From an uncultured virus (IMG/VR IMGVR_UViG_3300009873_000002) (lineage: Duplodnaviria > Heunggongvirae > Uroviricota > Caudoviricetes), in the IMG/VR virus record IMGVR_UViG_3300009873_000002, positions 62,001 through 126,000 of that record: DNA of 64,000 nt; one strand, 5' to 3'. Every line of letters starts with the position of its first letter. The first letter of the stretch is position 1. A model generated the notes under the pieces. It saw nothing but the letters and a program-made list of their open reading frames with translations, had not been told where the DNA came from and did no database searches. Made by a program: the position numbers and the translations under genes. Positions 17,607 to 28,700 of this stretch are shown one piece after another.

Positions 17607-20591
17607 TTATTGTTGTTCGGTTGGTATCTCTAATCGAGTTCGGGTTGTAGCTTGTTGCTTGTTCAAACGATCTAACTGACGTTCTATGTATTGGTTTTGA
17701 CTCTGTATACTTGAGAGGTCACGCTTGATCTCACTGTTGATCCAGTTTACATCTGTGGTTTTTGGCCACGTCTGTACAAATGGATAGGTCTGCTTCACTC
17801 CGTTCTCGTAGAGAAAATAGTGGCCGTCTACTTTGTAACTGGCCCCATCTGACTTAATGGTAATAGCACCAGCATCTTTGAACTGATCATATTTCAATCC
17901 ATCCGGACTGAGTGATATCACATAGTCAAGATCCGAAGCACGCGAGTACTGGTGGAATGAGTTCTTTGCATTCTGGTTATCGAAGACAATAGTTAACGGT
18001 TTACCACCATCAAGAGCCTCGCGATAGTTCCACAGTGGACCATGGTTAGTCTTGGTACCAATGTACTTCTTGACGTATTCCGGATTGGAGAAGTAGAAAC
18101 TGATAGCACTCTTATCAGGATCATTGGCAGCAATATTGGAATACTCGATATCAAACATAGGGCGATCACCCTCATTACTCTTGTAACGCTTGTTCATATC
18201 TGAGTACAGTACATTCACAAATGATTTGAGGTCATCATTGGCTTCGGCATCTTTGGTAGGTTCTCCAAGAACTGTATACCATGATGCACTATTCATACCA
18301 CCTACAACATCAGTGAGTACACTCTTTACAGCAGTGTTCCACTTATTCATGTATTGACGAGAGTCAATACCTGCAATGCGCATAGGTTCTGTGAACTTAC
18401 CACCACCATAACCACCAAGAATCTCCATACCATTAATAGCTGAGTTCTTCTTGTTGTTGTAATCGATGAAGAACTTCTCATCGATAGCTTCATAAGCATC
18501 TTCAGCATCTGAGTATATATCCCGATCTGGAGCATAGTAAGAACCACCACCAGGTAAACCTCCAAAAGCATCTCGTTCACCACTTGATTGTCTAAGTTTA
18601 GGTGTGTATGCGCTTTCGTGACCATGACGCTTCTTGAACTCCTCAATGAATTCCTCTTTACTGCGAACATTCACACCAGTCTTGGATAAGAATAAATCAG
18701 CATCCTTGTAGAACTTATAACCATCATCCGCTTGAATATCCTTAACAACATCCTCGTTAAGTTTGATACGATGTTGACCTATTGCATATTCTGCTTGGCG
18801 TCCGATATCAATATTCTGCATCTGTTTTAAACGGTCTTCATCATTCATAAACTCAGAAGCCCATTCACGATCGCAGGTTTCGCATAGCTTTTGATCCATT
18901 AAAGCCTTAGCTTTATTGTACATGTTGGTAAGCTCATTCATACTCATGTTCTTAAGCATGTCCGGCTTAAACTCTTTCCAACTCTCTGTGCTTTTTGTTA
19001 ACTTCTTACCAGTGCGCTTTTCGATCTCAGAAGCAACTCCGGCAAATAAACCTGATTTACCTTCGAGCCTTATATTGTTGTAAGTAAGATTCAGCATCTT
19101 GCTTGCACCTGGTCTATTTTGAGCATTCTTTGCAAGGTTGTAAGCATCTGTAAGGAAGTTGATCATATCACCTTTAGTCTCGGTGATTTTCTGATTCTGT
19201 ACCTCAACATTCTCATTATATAAAGCACGAGGATTATCTCCCAATTCCTTATCTGAAACAGCCCAAGACGCACCAGTGTGTGGCGCTACCTCTTTCTCTT
19301 CACCCTCAAGCTCCATCTGCTTCTCAAGCATTTTGAACTTGTAATCCATCTGCTTAAGTGCAACTTGATTCTGGAAGTTTATATCCGCCATCTTCATAGA
19401 GTTGCGCAGTGATAAGTCTGCCTGGAATGAAGCCATACCATAAGGATTCTCCTTGACAGTAAGCTCTTCATCACGGTGAGACATTATCTCGGCTGCGTTA
19501 AACAGGTCTTTCTGCATCATTAAACCAGCGCGGGCCATGTCAGCACGTGTGCGTAACACATTAATATCAACTCCGGATAATCCGTTTGATAATGCATTAT
19601 TCATTACCTCATACTGCTCTCCGGCAACTTGAGTTTGTTGCAGACCTTCAACTGTATTCTGATAAGCGTATTGCTCAGATAATGTAAGACCTTCATTGGC
19701 CTGTTTCTTCTCAAGATCGTTCTTACGCTGCAACATCTCATCATTCATCTGTTGATTATCCTGTTGAGCTTGGGCGAATGTTTGTCTCGATCCTGAAAGT
19801 ATTGTATTGATATAATTAGCTTCGGCTGCATCTTCGGAACCAAATGCCATAGCATTAGACTTAGCAAAGTTCTTACGCTCTACATAAGCTTGAGTCTGGT
19901 ACATCTCCTGGATAGCAGGGTCGGAACCTAGACTGCCGGCAAATAGCGAATAAAGTGGACCGACAACCTGCTGTCCATTCTTCATTGTATAAATCCACTG
20001 ACCAGTTACCTGATCTTTCTTGATGTTCAACCCGGCTTCTTTAGCAAGGTTCATTGCCTTTTCCATCACATCGATGTATGGAGAAAACTTAGCATTGGAA
20101 AATCCTAAAGCTTGTTCATCACTTGCATTACGGAACTCATCAGCACGATAATGTAAAGCAGTAACACCGGTATCCCAATACTTACCACCACACTTCTTAG
20201 GATCAAGACAGTTTCTGAAGTTTTCGGCTCTCTGGAGCTCTTTTTGGTACTGTCTGGTCCATGATATATCCTTCATCATGTTCTTATCCTCATAGAAAGG
20301 TTTAAACACGTTGTAGGCTGCATCTACGTTTTCCTGGAGGGAGAGATCAATACCTGACATCTTTTTGATGTTGGTTTCGGCCGCCTTGAAGAACTCATCT
20401 CTACGTTGATTATTGACATCTCGTAGCATTGGTGAATTCAAAAGGGTACCGTAGATGCTACTCAACTTCTCATAGTTGGCATCATATTGACTCTGCTTAG
20501 TTTGTAAAGCATAAGCATAGAAGTTGAAATCCGGTCTAAAAGGCTGAATCTGAGGAATAAAATCAGTGACCCCTTGTAAATACGTTGCCAT
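17607..20591 (-). CDS. Putative ejected/cargo virion protein
   Basis: 994 aa, helical and Gln-rich. N-terminus (PFRPDFNFYAYALQTKQSQYD) and position resemble crAss-like cargo genes. Confidence 0.6.
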   Translation of the reverse strand: MATYLQGVTDFIPQIQPFRPDFNFYAYALQTKQSQYDANYEKLSSIYGTLLNSPMLRDVNNQRRDEFFKAAETNIKKMSGIDLSLQENVDAAYNVFKPFYEDKNMMKDISWTRQYQKELQRAENFRNCLDPKKCGGKYWDTGVTALHYRADEFRNASDEQALGFSNAKFSPYIDVMEKAMNLAKEAGLNIKKDQVTGQWIYTMKNGQQVVGPLYSLFAGSLGSDPAIQEMYQTQAYVERKNFAKSNAMAFGSEDAAEANYINTILSGSRQTFAQAQQDNQQMNDEMLQRKNDLEKKQANEGLTLSEQYAYQNTVEGLQQTQVAGEQYEVMNNALSNGLSGVDINVLRTRADMARAGLMMQKDLFNAAEIMSHRDEELTVKENPYGMASFQADLSLRNSMKMADINFQNQVALKQMDYKFKMLEKQMELEGEEKEVAPHTGASWAVSDKELGDNPRALYNENVEVQNQKITETKGDMINFLTDAYNLAKNAQNRPGASKMLNLTYNNIRLEGKSGLFAGVASEIEKRTGKKLTKSTESWKEFKPDMLKNMSMNELTNMYNKAKALMDQKLCETCDREWASEFMNDEDRLKQMQNIDIGRQAEYAIGQHRIKLNEDVVKDIQADDGYKFYKDADLFLSKTGVNVRSKEEFIEEFKKRHGHESAYTPKLRQSSGERDAFGGLPGGGSYYAPDRDIYSDAEDAYEAIDEKFFIDYNNKKNSAINGMEILGGYGGGKFTEPMRIAGIDSRQYMNKWNTAVKSVLTDVVGGMNSASWYTVLGEPTKDAEANDDLKSFVNVLYSDMNKRYKSNEGDRPMFDIEYSNIAANDPDKSAISFYFSNPEYVKKYIGTKTNHGPLWNYREALDGGKPLTIVFDNQNAKNSFHQYSRASDLDYVISLSPDGLKYDQFKDAGAITIKSDGASYKVDGHYFLYENGVKQTYPFVQTWPKTTDVNWINSEIKRDLSSIQSQNQYIERQLDRLNKQQATTRTRLEIPTEQQ

Positions 20592-20592
20592 G

Positions 20593-21090
20593 TTACTTGA
20601 AATTTAAGTTAGCAAATTCTCCAAACAGTTTATTAGCAGCTTCATCATAAGCCTTTGCTGCATCTTCTTCATTAGTGAAGTAACCTACAAAGGTTCTCTC
20701 ACGATTTTTACATATATCAACGCGCCACTTACCTTTGTCTTTCTTCCATGCTACACCTAAGTATCTTGATGTAGTGGCTCTTTTAGTAGACTTACGGCTA
20801 TTTCGATCATTCTCAGACTTTGAACATAACCTAAGGTTTGATTTGGTATTGTTGAGACCATCATGATCTTTATGATCTACAAAGATCTCGCTATTGGATA
20901 CTCTCATTATAACACGATGTAGAAAGGTTTGAAAGTTATCAGTGTTTCGTAGCGCTCCCTTCTTCTTCTGTCTGACAGCATACCATGTTCCTTTTGTAGA
21001 CACAGCTTGCCAATTCCACTGTGATAACCAGTAGAAATCTTCATCATCTACGAGGGCTACTTTACCTCTTGTTAACTTAAGCTCTTTCAT
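20593..21090 (-). CDS. HNH-AP2 homing endonuclease
   Basis: LHRVIM...VDHKDHDGLNNTKSNLR (HNH) followed by SRYLGV...W...YFTNEEDAAKAYDEAANKLFGEFA (AP2). N-terminal LTRGKVALVDDED is typical of this family. Confidence 0.92.
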   Translation of the reverse strand: MKELKLTRGKVALVDDEDFYWLSQWNWQAVSTKGTWYAVRQKKKGALRNTDNFQTFLHRVIMRVSNSEIFVDHKDHDGLNNTKSNLRLCSKSENDRNSRKSTKRATTSRYLGVAWKKDKGKWRVDICKNRERTFVGYFTNEEDAAKAYDEAANKLFGEFANLNFK

Positions 21091-21094
21091 CGTG

Positions 21095-21141
21095 TAAATT
21101 TACAGAGTTTATACATAGCGGCAATAAACTTATAAAGTTTA
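21095..21141. promoter_or_regulatory. Two copies of the 17-bp palindromic operator (21095-21111 degenerate; 21125-21141 perfect)
   Basis: TAAATTT-ACA-GAGTTTA and TAAACTT-ATA-AAGTTTA, 30 bp apart, upstream of the HNH-AP2 gene. Confidence 0.6.
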
Positions 21142-23658
21142 TGGAGTGCCTGTCATGGGATTTGTCATTCCTGCTATCATCTGAGCATACTGATCGTAGT
21201 ACTCAGCATCCGGTGCGTACCCATAAGGTGTTGAAGGCATACCCATGCTAGTCTTAGCAGCATCATAATACTGCTGAGGATTAAATCCTGGATATTGACT
21301 CATATAGTCACTTGCCACATCCATCACGTTTTGTTGTTGACCGAATGAAGGTTTGAGATCCTTACCACCCATAAACGTCATCATACCACCAGTGATCGGT
21401 GAAATGTTGTACTGAGGGTAAAGGCTATTCATAACCTGAGCATTCGCCTTATTGGTAATAGCATCGATGTATGATTTACGAAGTTCTTGACGGGCCATAT
21501 TCTTGGCATTGTCGAACTGTTGGTTAGCGATTGTAACCTGATCATACAATTCATCAGCTAATCCGAGATTAGTCATACTGGCTTGATTCATAACACCAGC
21601 GTTGGTTTGAGCAAACTGATTTGCAGTACCTACATTCAAGTTATTGTAACGAGCCATAACATCAGCTGCATTACGAGCTCCTGCTCCTTGAATCTGTGAG
21701 AAACGGGCATTGAATGCTTGTGGTCCTGCGAATTCTGCAGCACCCTGTGTACCGATCATCATTTGCTCAGCATTAGCTGCAAGCTCACGAGTTGGGTCAT
21801 AAAATGTAGGATCAGCAACTACTGGTTGGAACTGTGGCGCCCAAGGCATGTATTTTTTCACACGAGCAAGATCCATAGCAGATCCTGCAGTTCTTACTAC
21901 ATCTTGTAACCACCACTCTGAAGGAGGTGCTTGTTTAAGCTTACCTATTTCACCAGGTTTAGTTGGCTCTTCAGGTGCTGGGATTTCAGTGTCTGGTACC
22001 TCTTGATATTCGAGATCTTTCAGCACTGGTTTGTACAAAGCAGCTTGACCGATGGTAGTGTTACCTACCCAACCGTCAATATCAGAAATGGTAGCACGGC
22101 CAGTACCACCACCTGGTTCATCAGCAATACCTACCTGAGAAACTCGGTAGTCAGCAAGTACATCCTTAAATTTAGGATCATCTGCAAGGTTCTGTAAGCT
22201 GATATAAGCACCTTGGAATGCCGCTTGCTGGGACTTATCCAGAGGTTTGAATCCTAAAGTTGCGATGGTCTTTTCGTAGTTACTACGGTCTTTATCCCAG
22301 CTGTCTTTAGGGTCCATTCCTTTACCAGAAATACCTGCAGCATTGGTTGCCATAACCTGCTTCTGCATCTCTAAGAAGTTACTGATGATTTGTTCATCTG
22401 TCATCTGCTTAGCTGACTCGAGATCTTGTTTTGTTAAACCGGTTCTGTTGTTAGGTTTAACCTTACCCATATTATTACGGTACTGATCAACGAGGGATTT
22501 TCTCAGATCTGCATTGTTAGGATCAGTCAGTGTTTGCTCAAGACGACCATAAGCTTCTTGGAGATCACCGGCAGAACCTTTCAAACGAGGATCCTGAAAG
22601 TTTCCGGTATAAGGTTGTGTCTTATAACCGGTAGCTCTATACCAACGACCATCTGATTTCTTGATGTAGTCACCAGGTTTAACAGCAGCTGAGTTATAAC
22701 CTTCAGCAGATTCATCATGCTTGGTTACACCATCTGGTATATTTTGTACCTTGGTTGGTGTCGTAGTTGTTTTAGCAACTTGACCTGTAGTCTTCTGTGT
22801 ATTCTGATTTTGAGTAACGCCAGTCTGTTCTCCGGGTAATACCCCTTTGAACTCACCTCTCCAGTTGTAAACTTCCATCTTACCGGTTTGAGGATTCAAC
22901 ATGACACGATCGCCACGTTTAGGACCACTCATAAGTATTTTTTCTCCACCACCTTGGTAGATACGCTTCTTCAGGCGATTCATGATCTCAAGACCATCTT
23001 TGGCCATAGCTTGTGGCTGAGGCATCTCTTCATTACGAGATGGTGCCAGAGTTGAGGGATCTACATTATTCATCATAATGTATGGCATTGCTATGGCAGG
23101 AATTCCTTGAGGGAATCCTTTTAATGACTCCTGAGCGAGCGCCAGTTTCGCAAGCTTCAGATTGTAGTTCTGAATCATCATCTCTGCAGTTTTTACCTGG
23201 AGCTTATCTGAATCAGGATCCTGCAACTGTTTGCGATAATCATTGAGGTCATACTTCATAGCAAGTTCGGCCGGAGTGTAACCCTTTTTACGTGGTGACT
23301 TACCGAACTCTTCGAGAATGTCCTCATCATGTAAGCGCATACTCTTGTCCTTGGAGAACACGAATGAGTTATCAGGAAGATTCAATGGGGTGCCACCTTT
23401 AGAGTGTGGCTTACCACCCACTTTGTAGAACTCAGGAATAGTATCCTGGTTGATATCTCCAACAACTACTTCACCCTTTTCGGCCTCAAGGTTGGCTTTG
23501 CTGCGAGGAACCGGCTTTAGCGATGTACGAACACCATCACTATCTTCACCTGTACCCATGTCAACCATAGGTGCAAACTTGAAGAAGGATGCGTTGAATC
23601 CTTTAACCTGCATTCCTTGCTGCGCTTTAGGCAGACTTTTTATACGTACTTTCTTCAT
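21139..23658 (-). CDS. Putative internal virion/cargo protein
   Basis: 839 aa. N-terminal ANLEAEKGEVV...GGKPHSKGGTPL...VFS motif recalls crAss-like cargo proteins. Q/N/A-rich C-terminus. Confidence 0.6.
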   Translation of the reverse strand: MKKVRIKSLPKAQQGMQVKGFNASFFKFAPMVDMGTGEDSDGVRTSLKPVPRSKANLEAEKGEVVVGDINQDTIPEFYKVGGKPHSKGGTPLNLPDNSFVFSKDKSMRLHDEDILEEFGKSPRKKGYTPAELAMKYDLNDYRKQLQDPDSDKLQVKTAEMMIQNYNLKLAKLALAQESLKGFPQGIPAIAMPYIMMNNVDPSTLAPSRNEEMPQPQAMAKDGLEIMNRLKKRIYQGGGEKILMSGPKRGDRVMLNPQTGKMEVYNWRGEFKGVLPGEQTGVTQNQNTQKTTGQVAKTTTTPTKVQNIPDGVTKHDESAEGYNSAAVKPGDYIKKSDGRWYRATGYKTQPYTGNFQDPRLKGSAGDLQEAYGRLEQTLTDPNNADLRKSLVDQYRNNMGKVKPNNRTGLTKQDLESAKQMTDEQIISNFLEMQKQVMATNAAGISGKGMDPKDSWDKDRSNYEKTIATLGFKPLDKSQQAAFQGAYISLQNLADDPKFKDVLADYRVSQVGIADEPGGGTGRATISDIDGWVGNTTIGQAALYKPVLKDLEYQEVPDTEIPAPEEPTKPGEIGKLKQAPPSEWWLQDVVRTAGSAMDLARVKKYMPWAPQFQPVVADPTFYDPTRELAANAEQMMIGTQGAAEFAGPQAFNARFSQIQGAGARNAADVMARYNNLNVGTANQFAQTNAGVMNQASMTNLGLADELYDQVTIANQQFDNAKNMARQELRKSYIDAITNKANAQVMNSLYPQYNISPITGGMMTFMGGKDLKPSFGQQQNVMDVASDYMSQYPGFNPQQYYDAAKTSMGMPSTPYGYAPDAEYYDQYAQMIAGMTNPMTGTP

Positions 23659-23661
23659 AGC

Positions 23662-25785
23662 TTAGTCGATTATCTCGATTTGTCCTCCCATCTTCAGGAA
23701 GTTTTGTATTTCAGCATCCGTCATGTAGTATTCACCACCTTGACGTAAATTGGCTCCAGAGTATCCACGGAACTGAACCGGTACCATATCATCCGGGCGG
23801 AATAGGCCTGAGTTCTTATCGTAGTCTCCGCGTGAATTCATATTCATAGCAAGTGGTGTGAAAACTGCATCAGCGTTCTGGCGCTTCTTCAGTTTTTCCT
23901 CATATTGCTTGCGTTGTTTGTTCTCAGCAAAGGAAGCAAGCATGTTACCTGCTACATAAGATGCATTCACCACATCTTCCGGATTGTAACGAGTCTTTCT
24001 TTTGAAAGTAACTTTCTGCTCAGTGTATCCATCATCATCTCCCAGATTAGCTGTAGAGTTGTTAAAGGTTTCTGGCGTCACCTGCATAGGATCTCGTTGG
24101 AAATAATCGGTACCAGTGTTCTCAGGACTGTACATTTGTTGGTTCTGTGGATCGTATGGATTGTATGCTGCTGGATTATTTGCCAGATCTATAGGATTAA
24201 ATGGTAATCCCATTTGAGGATCTTCCATAGGTCCTACTTGACCAGCCAATCGCATGAATCTTAGAAGCCCTCCTTTTCTGAAAGGTGTAGGATTACTTAC
24301 AATAGGACGATCCTTAATCTGGTTTTCATCCATCATAATAGGTTGGTCAAATGCCGGCATTTTCATTTCAGCACTTGATTGCCATGTCATGTCTGCACCA
24401 CCGGTAGCTCCTGTTACTTCCACAGGGGTTTGTTGAGCTTGTGCTTGTTGTTTCTTCGAATATGGTGTCTGGAAGGTCATAGTAACTTTCCGAGGAGAGC
24501 GTTTATTAAGTAACCCATACTTCATCTCTACACTGGATAGAGCAGAAGTCTTATTCGGATCCCACATGATTGGTGCTTGTTGAGTCTGTCTTGCACTAGA
24601 CCTACTCATCTTATAATAAGGGTTAGGATAATAAGGAGCGTAGTTCATAGGTATCAACAAGTTTCCAGGTGCAAACTGTCCCATTTGGTAACCGTATTGT
24701 GCTTGAGGAACATAGTACTCTTCAGCATTCATTTGCATGTTACCGATAGCTCCAAACATATTCATCACATCTTGACTAACATCGTTTGGTTCAGCTGCTT
24801 GTTTATAGATGGATTGATTGTATTGATTGGCGTTAAATACAGGATATGGATCTGCAGACTCGCCACCCATTTGCTTCATGAACTTGTTTACTTGATCATG
24901 AAGATCAGCCATGCGATCTGCTTCCTCAGCCATAATAGCCATCGTTGTTTGGTTACGAACCGCACTGATAAAGTCAGCATTTCTCTGTTCAACCACATCA
25001 CCCAAACCTTCATACTGAGAAGGCACATCACCTCCCATTTGTTTTTTAGCGATGGTACGCATAGCTTTGGCAAAACCCGCACGTTTACGAGTTGTAGGGT
25101 TTGATGATTTCAAACCTCTTTCGATACACTCATCAGTAACAGTACCTCCGCAGTATTCTGTAAAAGCACCCTTGGTACCTCTACGTTCCATACTCTCATT
25201 GGCTTTTTTAATCCAACCTCCGCCTTGCATTTTCTGGCCACCACACTCAAAGCATGGTTGACCACCGTGCATATAAAAGCCGACAGGGCTGTTGGGTACT
25301 ACTCCATAGCTGAAGAATTCATCAGCGGTAGGTACAACTGTATTTTTCATAGGTCCACCTTTATCATATTTGTAATCAAAATCGAATGCGTAGTCTCCAC
25401 CACGGTTCTTATACTGAGAATGTATCCATGTGGTTACTTGTGCACTTGGATATACTTTGAACTTCTTCTTTGCTTCTTTGGATATCTGGTTAAAGAGCTT
25501 GCGATTGAGTGGAGTCATTCCTCGAGGGAATCCGCCACGTTTAGCTTCTGGTAAATCTACTACAGCATCATGGTTAGGGAATGAATATTCCTGACCTGGA
25601 TATGCAGTAACAGGTGAACTTACTTGTAAATGTCCTCCGGCAAACTTAACAGGAAAAAGTTGTAAAGGTTGCTCTACACCTTTCATGGTAATGTCAGATC
25701 CTGGAATAACATTAAAGTCGTTAAACCTATCTGGTGAATCAGATAGGTAACCGGTTTTTGATATGTTACCTTTAAGCTTCTTCAT
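23662..25785 (-). CDS. Putative internal virion protein made of small modules separated by xxxGG motifs
   Basis: 707 aa, M/Q/P-rich low complexity, short basic modules, repeated xxxGG. Lies between muzzle and cargo genes. Confidence 0.55.
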   Translation of the reverse strand: MKKLKGNISKTGYLSDSPDRFNDFNVIPGSDITMKGVEQPLQLFPVKFAGGHLQVSSPVTAYPGQEYSFPNHDAVVDLPEAKRGGFPRGMTPLNRKLFNQISKEAKKKFKVYPSAQVTTWIHSQYKNRGGDYAFDFDYKYDKGGPMKNTVVPTADEFFSYGVVPNSPVGFYMHGGQPCFECGGQKMQGGGWIKKANESMERRGTKGAFTEYCGGTVTDECIERGLKSSNPTTRKRAGFAKAMRTIAKKQMGGDVPSQYEGLGDVVEQRNADFISAVRNQTTMAIMAEEADRMADLHDQVNKFMKQMGGESADPYPVFNANQYNQSIYKQAAEPNDVSQDVMNMFGAIGNMQMNAEEYYVPQAQYGYQMGQFAPGNLLIPMNYAPYYPNPYYKMSRSSARQTQQAPIMWDPNKTSALSSVEMKYGLLNKRSPRKVTMTFQTPYSKKQQAQAQQTPVEVTGATGGADMTWQSSAEMKMPAFDQPIMMDENQIKDRPIVSNPTPFRKGGLLRFMRLAGQVGPMEDPQMGLPFNPIDLANNPAAYNPYDPQNQQMYSPENTGTDYFQRDPMQVTPETFNNSTANLGDDDGYTEQKVTFKRKTRYNPEDVVNASYVAGNMLASFAENKQRKQYEEKLKKRQNADAVFTPLAMNMNSRGDYDKNSGLFRPDDMVPVQFRGYSGANLRQGGEYYMTDAEIQNFLKMGGQIEIID

Positions 25786-28700
25786 CGCATTGATATAACA
25801 TTCTTATTGTGACTTAGTATCAACAACATCTTGGTGTTACCACTAACACGTCTACGTAATAAAACCATGTTCACAAAATGTCTGAACTTCTTGCGCTGGT
25901 GAGGCGGCTTATTGTAGTTCATATTTGCAGGGTTCAGATCACGTATATACCCGTTAGCTGCAGTAACCCATATATGACGCTGCGCTGCCAGATTAAATTC
26001 TCCACGATCATCAGTGATATCCCAGAACTGGTTAAAGCGGTATTTTTGCTCTTCCTTACTGTATAGGATATCAATCGATGTCGGATTGATAATCGGATAC
26101 TGCACTATCTGTGGCGCATTGTTCTTCGGCTTCAAATTTAAGCGTAATAATCCAGATACTTGCTCTGTGTTATAAACTACTGCTTCATCAAAGTTGAAAT
26201 CAAGGACGTGGAACTTATCAAAACAGTTGTTTTGACCGTACCGGAAACACTCAAGCATGTACTCAAGACTTCTTGTGATTTCAACAGCTTGAATGGTAGG
26301 ACGTACAAATTCTATCTCCCAAGGATAATCAACACCATAGAAGTTACAGTAGCTATCACATACATCATTATGTTCCCAGATACCTTCGTTAAGTATAGTG
26401 AAAATATGAGACTTGGATCCCAATGTTAAAGTAGGATGCCAGTCATGAAATGATAACCACATCTTTTCTTCGGTATCATAACTTAAGGTCCATGATGCAT
26501 CTTCAAAGAAACGCGGATCACCTAGCTCAACCTGCAGTAGCCCGTTTACCAAGAACTGATTACCTCCGATGTATGTAACAGTTTGACCCGGCACATTGCG
26601 AAGTTTGTAATCTTTCTTCATGAAGTAGGCTATACCATATTCGCTATCGTACACCGATTGGCACCCTATACCAATAACAGGGTTCTCGAGTAGTTCAAAA
26701 GTAGGGAAGTCCTCCAGGAGTTTGTAAGGTAAGTACTCGGCCAACCAATATCGCATACTCTGAAGAGAGATTTCTTCAACACCACCTTGGAGTCTGAAGA
26801 TCTTACCTTGATTCTGACTTATCCAGAATAAACCAGCTGGAGTATTCATCACAGCTAATCGATCTTGACAAGATCCATACTCATAAGGAGCATCTGCATT
26901 AAATATGTTCTGCATAGGTTGACTGAACAACCCTCCATCACCTATAGTAATCTTGGTACCAATATCTGTCTGCAGTGTATCAACACCCTGGAACATAACC
27001 GGGCTTTCATTCTGGAAGAATATGGCTGCACCATTTTTATTGATAGGTTTCACACAGACTACACGACTCTTGAAATCCTTGTAGTTGTTGGCCAAGAATA
27101 CGAACCAATTATCCTTACGGAGTTCTTGCTCCTGAGGTAACGAGTATATGATTCTTTCCGGGTAATACAGATAACAACTTGCAGCAACAAGTGGATCATA
27201 ATATCGAGGTTGCATATTACCCCAACTTATGAAGTTGTTGAACAACCTAGAAATACTCAAGCTGATATCATACTTGAAGAAGTTACCAGACTTCAGGATA
27301 TCAGGCTTAGCGTTGAATAAAGATTGTAGATCGGTATAACGGTAAGGATCATAATGACGCTCTGTAGTAGGCTCTCCCCAATCACGTAAATCAGTATTGA
27401 TCTCTGACTCTACAAAGAAGTCACGAACACCTGAACTAGATATGTACATGTGAGCTCTTTTCAGCATGAATAGGTTCAGAGCTGTAAGATCACGATCAAA
27501 TGCACGATTACTTGTAGGAAGCTCCCAGTTGGCAATATTCAAAGGAATGATGTTTGTAACAACACTCGCAAAGAATTCGTTGATATCGTAATTTGTAGTA
27601 TCCATCCAATATGATGGATGAGGTAACATCTTTCTCAACTCGTAGTTAAACTCATAACCATCCGGTTGATCGTATAACCAGTCATAGAAATAGAAGAACG
27701 TATTCTTCTCCGTATATCGTGATACATAGGTATCCCCGTTGAACAATGTATCAGAATTGGCAATAGGTGTCGGAGGACCTGGAATCTGATAGGTCTGCAA
27801 TTCTGCAGCAGTCATCAGGTATGGACATGTACTTACCGGTACTTGTTGGATGTTATCCAATTGACCATACTGGTTACGAATGCGCTGTTTCAACGCTGCG
27901 TAGTGACATGCCGAATTGGTATTGAACGGTCTTAAAGGTTCATCATAAGGATTAGGTAACCCCCATGGGTTATCACCTACGCGTTGACGAGTATTGTCTG
28001 CCCCGAGAGGGTCTGCGATCAGCGATCCGCCAGATAAACTCAGAGCTACGCAACGACCTCTGAACAAGTTGTTGATTCGGAAATTGGTTCCGAAGTCATG
28101 AATGTTCGGAGTTAGGTATATAGAGTCATCCAATAATCTGCGGTTATTATTCAGCTGTGTTGGGAAGATTGAACTGTAGAAACCATGTGACTGGTACTGT
28201 AAAGCAAATTGTCGATATGGCGCAAAAGCCTTAATCAAGCGTAGCATTGTATCGGCACCTTCTGACATGTAATAGCTAAATGTTGGTATAGCATTAAATA
28301 CCTTAACAATTGCAGGTACCGTATCATAAGCACCTTGTTCTTCATCATGTATAATACCATAACCCATAGTAGCAGGAAGTAATCCTACACCTGAATAAAC
28401 AGCATCAATAGGAGGTTGATAAGTCAATCCGGTATCTGCACCTAATGTAGCTACAGCTATCATTTGACCTCCAGCATCATACCATATACCATCCTGAATT
28501 GATATATTAGCATTACCCCCAGCAACTGCTAATTCGGCAGCTGGACCTAAACCAGTAAATGGAACCCCACCAGTAGTAGCCCCTGCAAAAATACCACCAA
28601 GATCAATCTTGCGCGGGTATAAGCGTTGTGTCCTACGCTGACCATTCAAGGCGGCAAGAGCACCCGCAATACCCGCAACAAGAGAGATAAAGAATGCAAG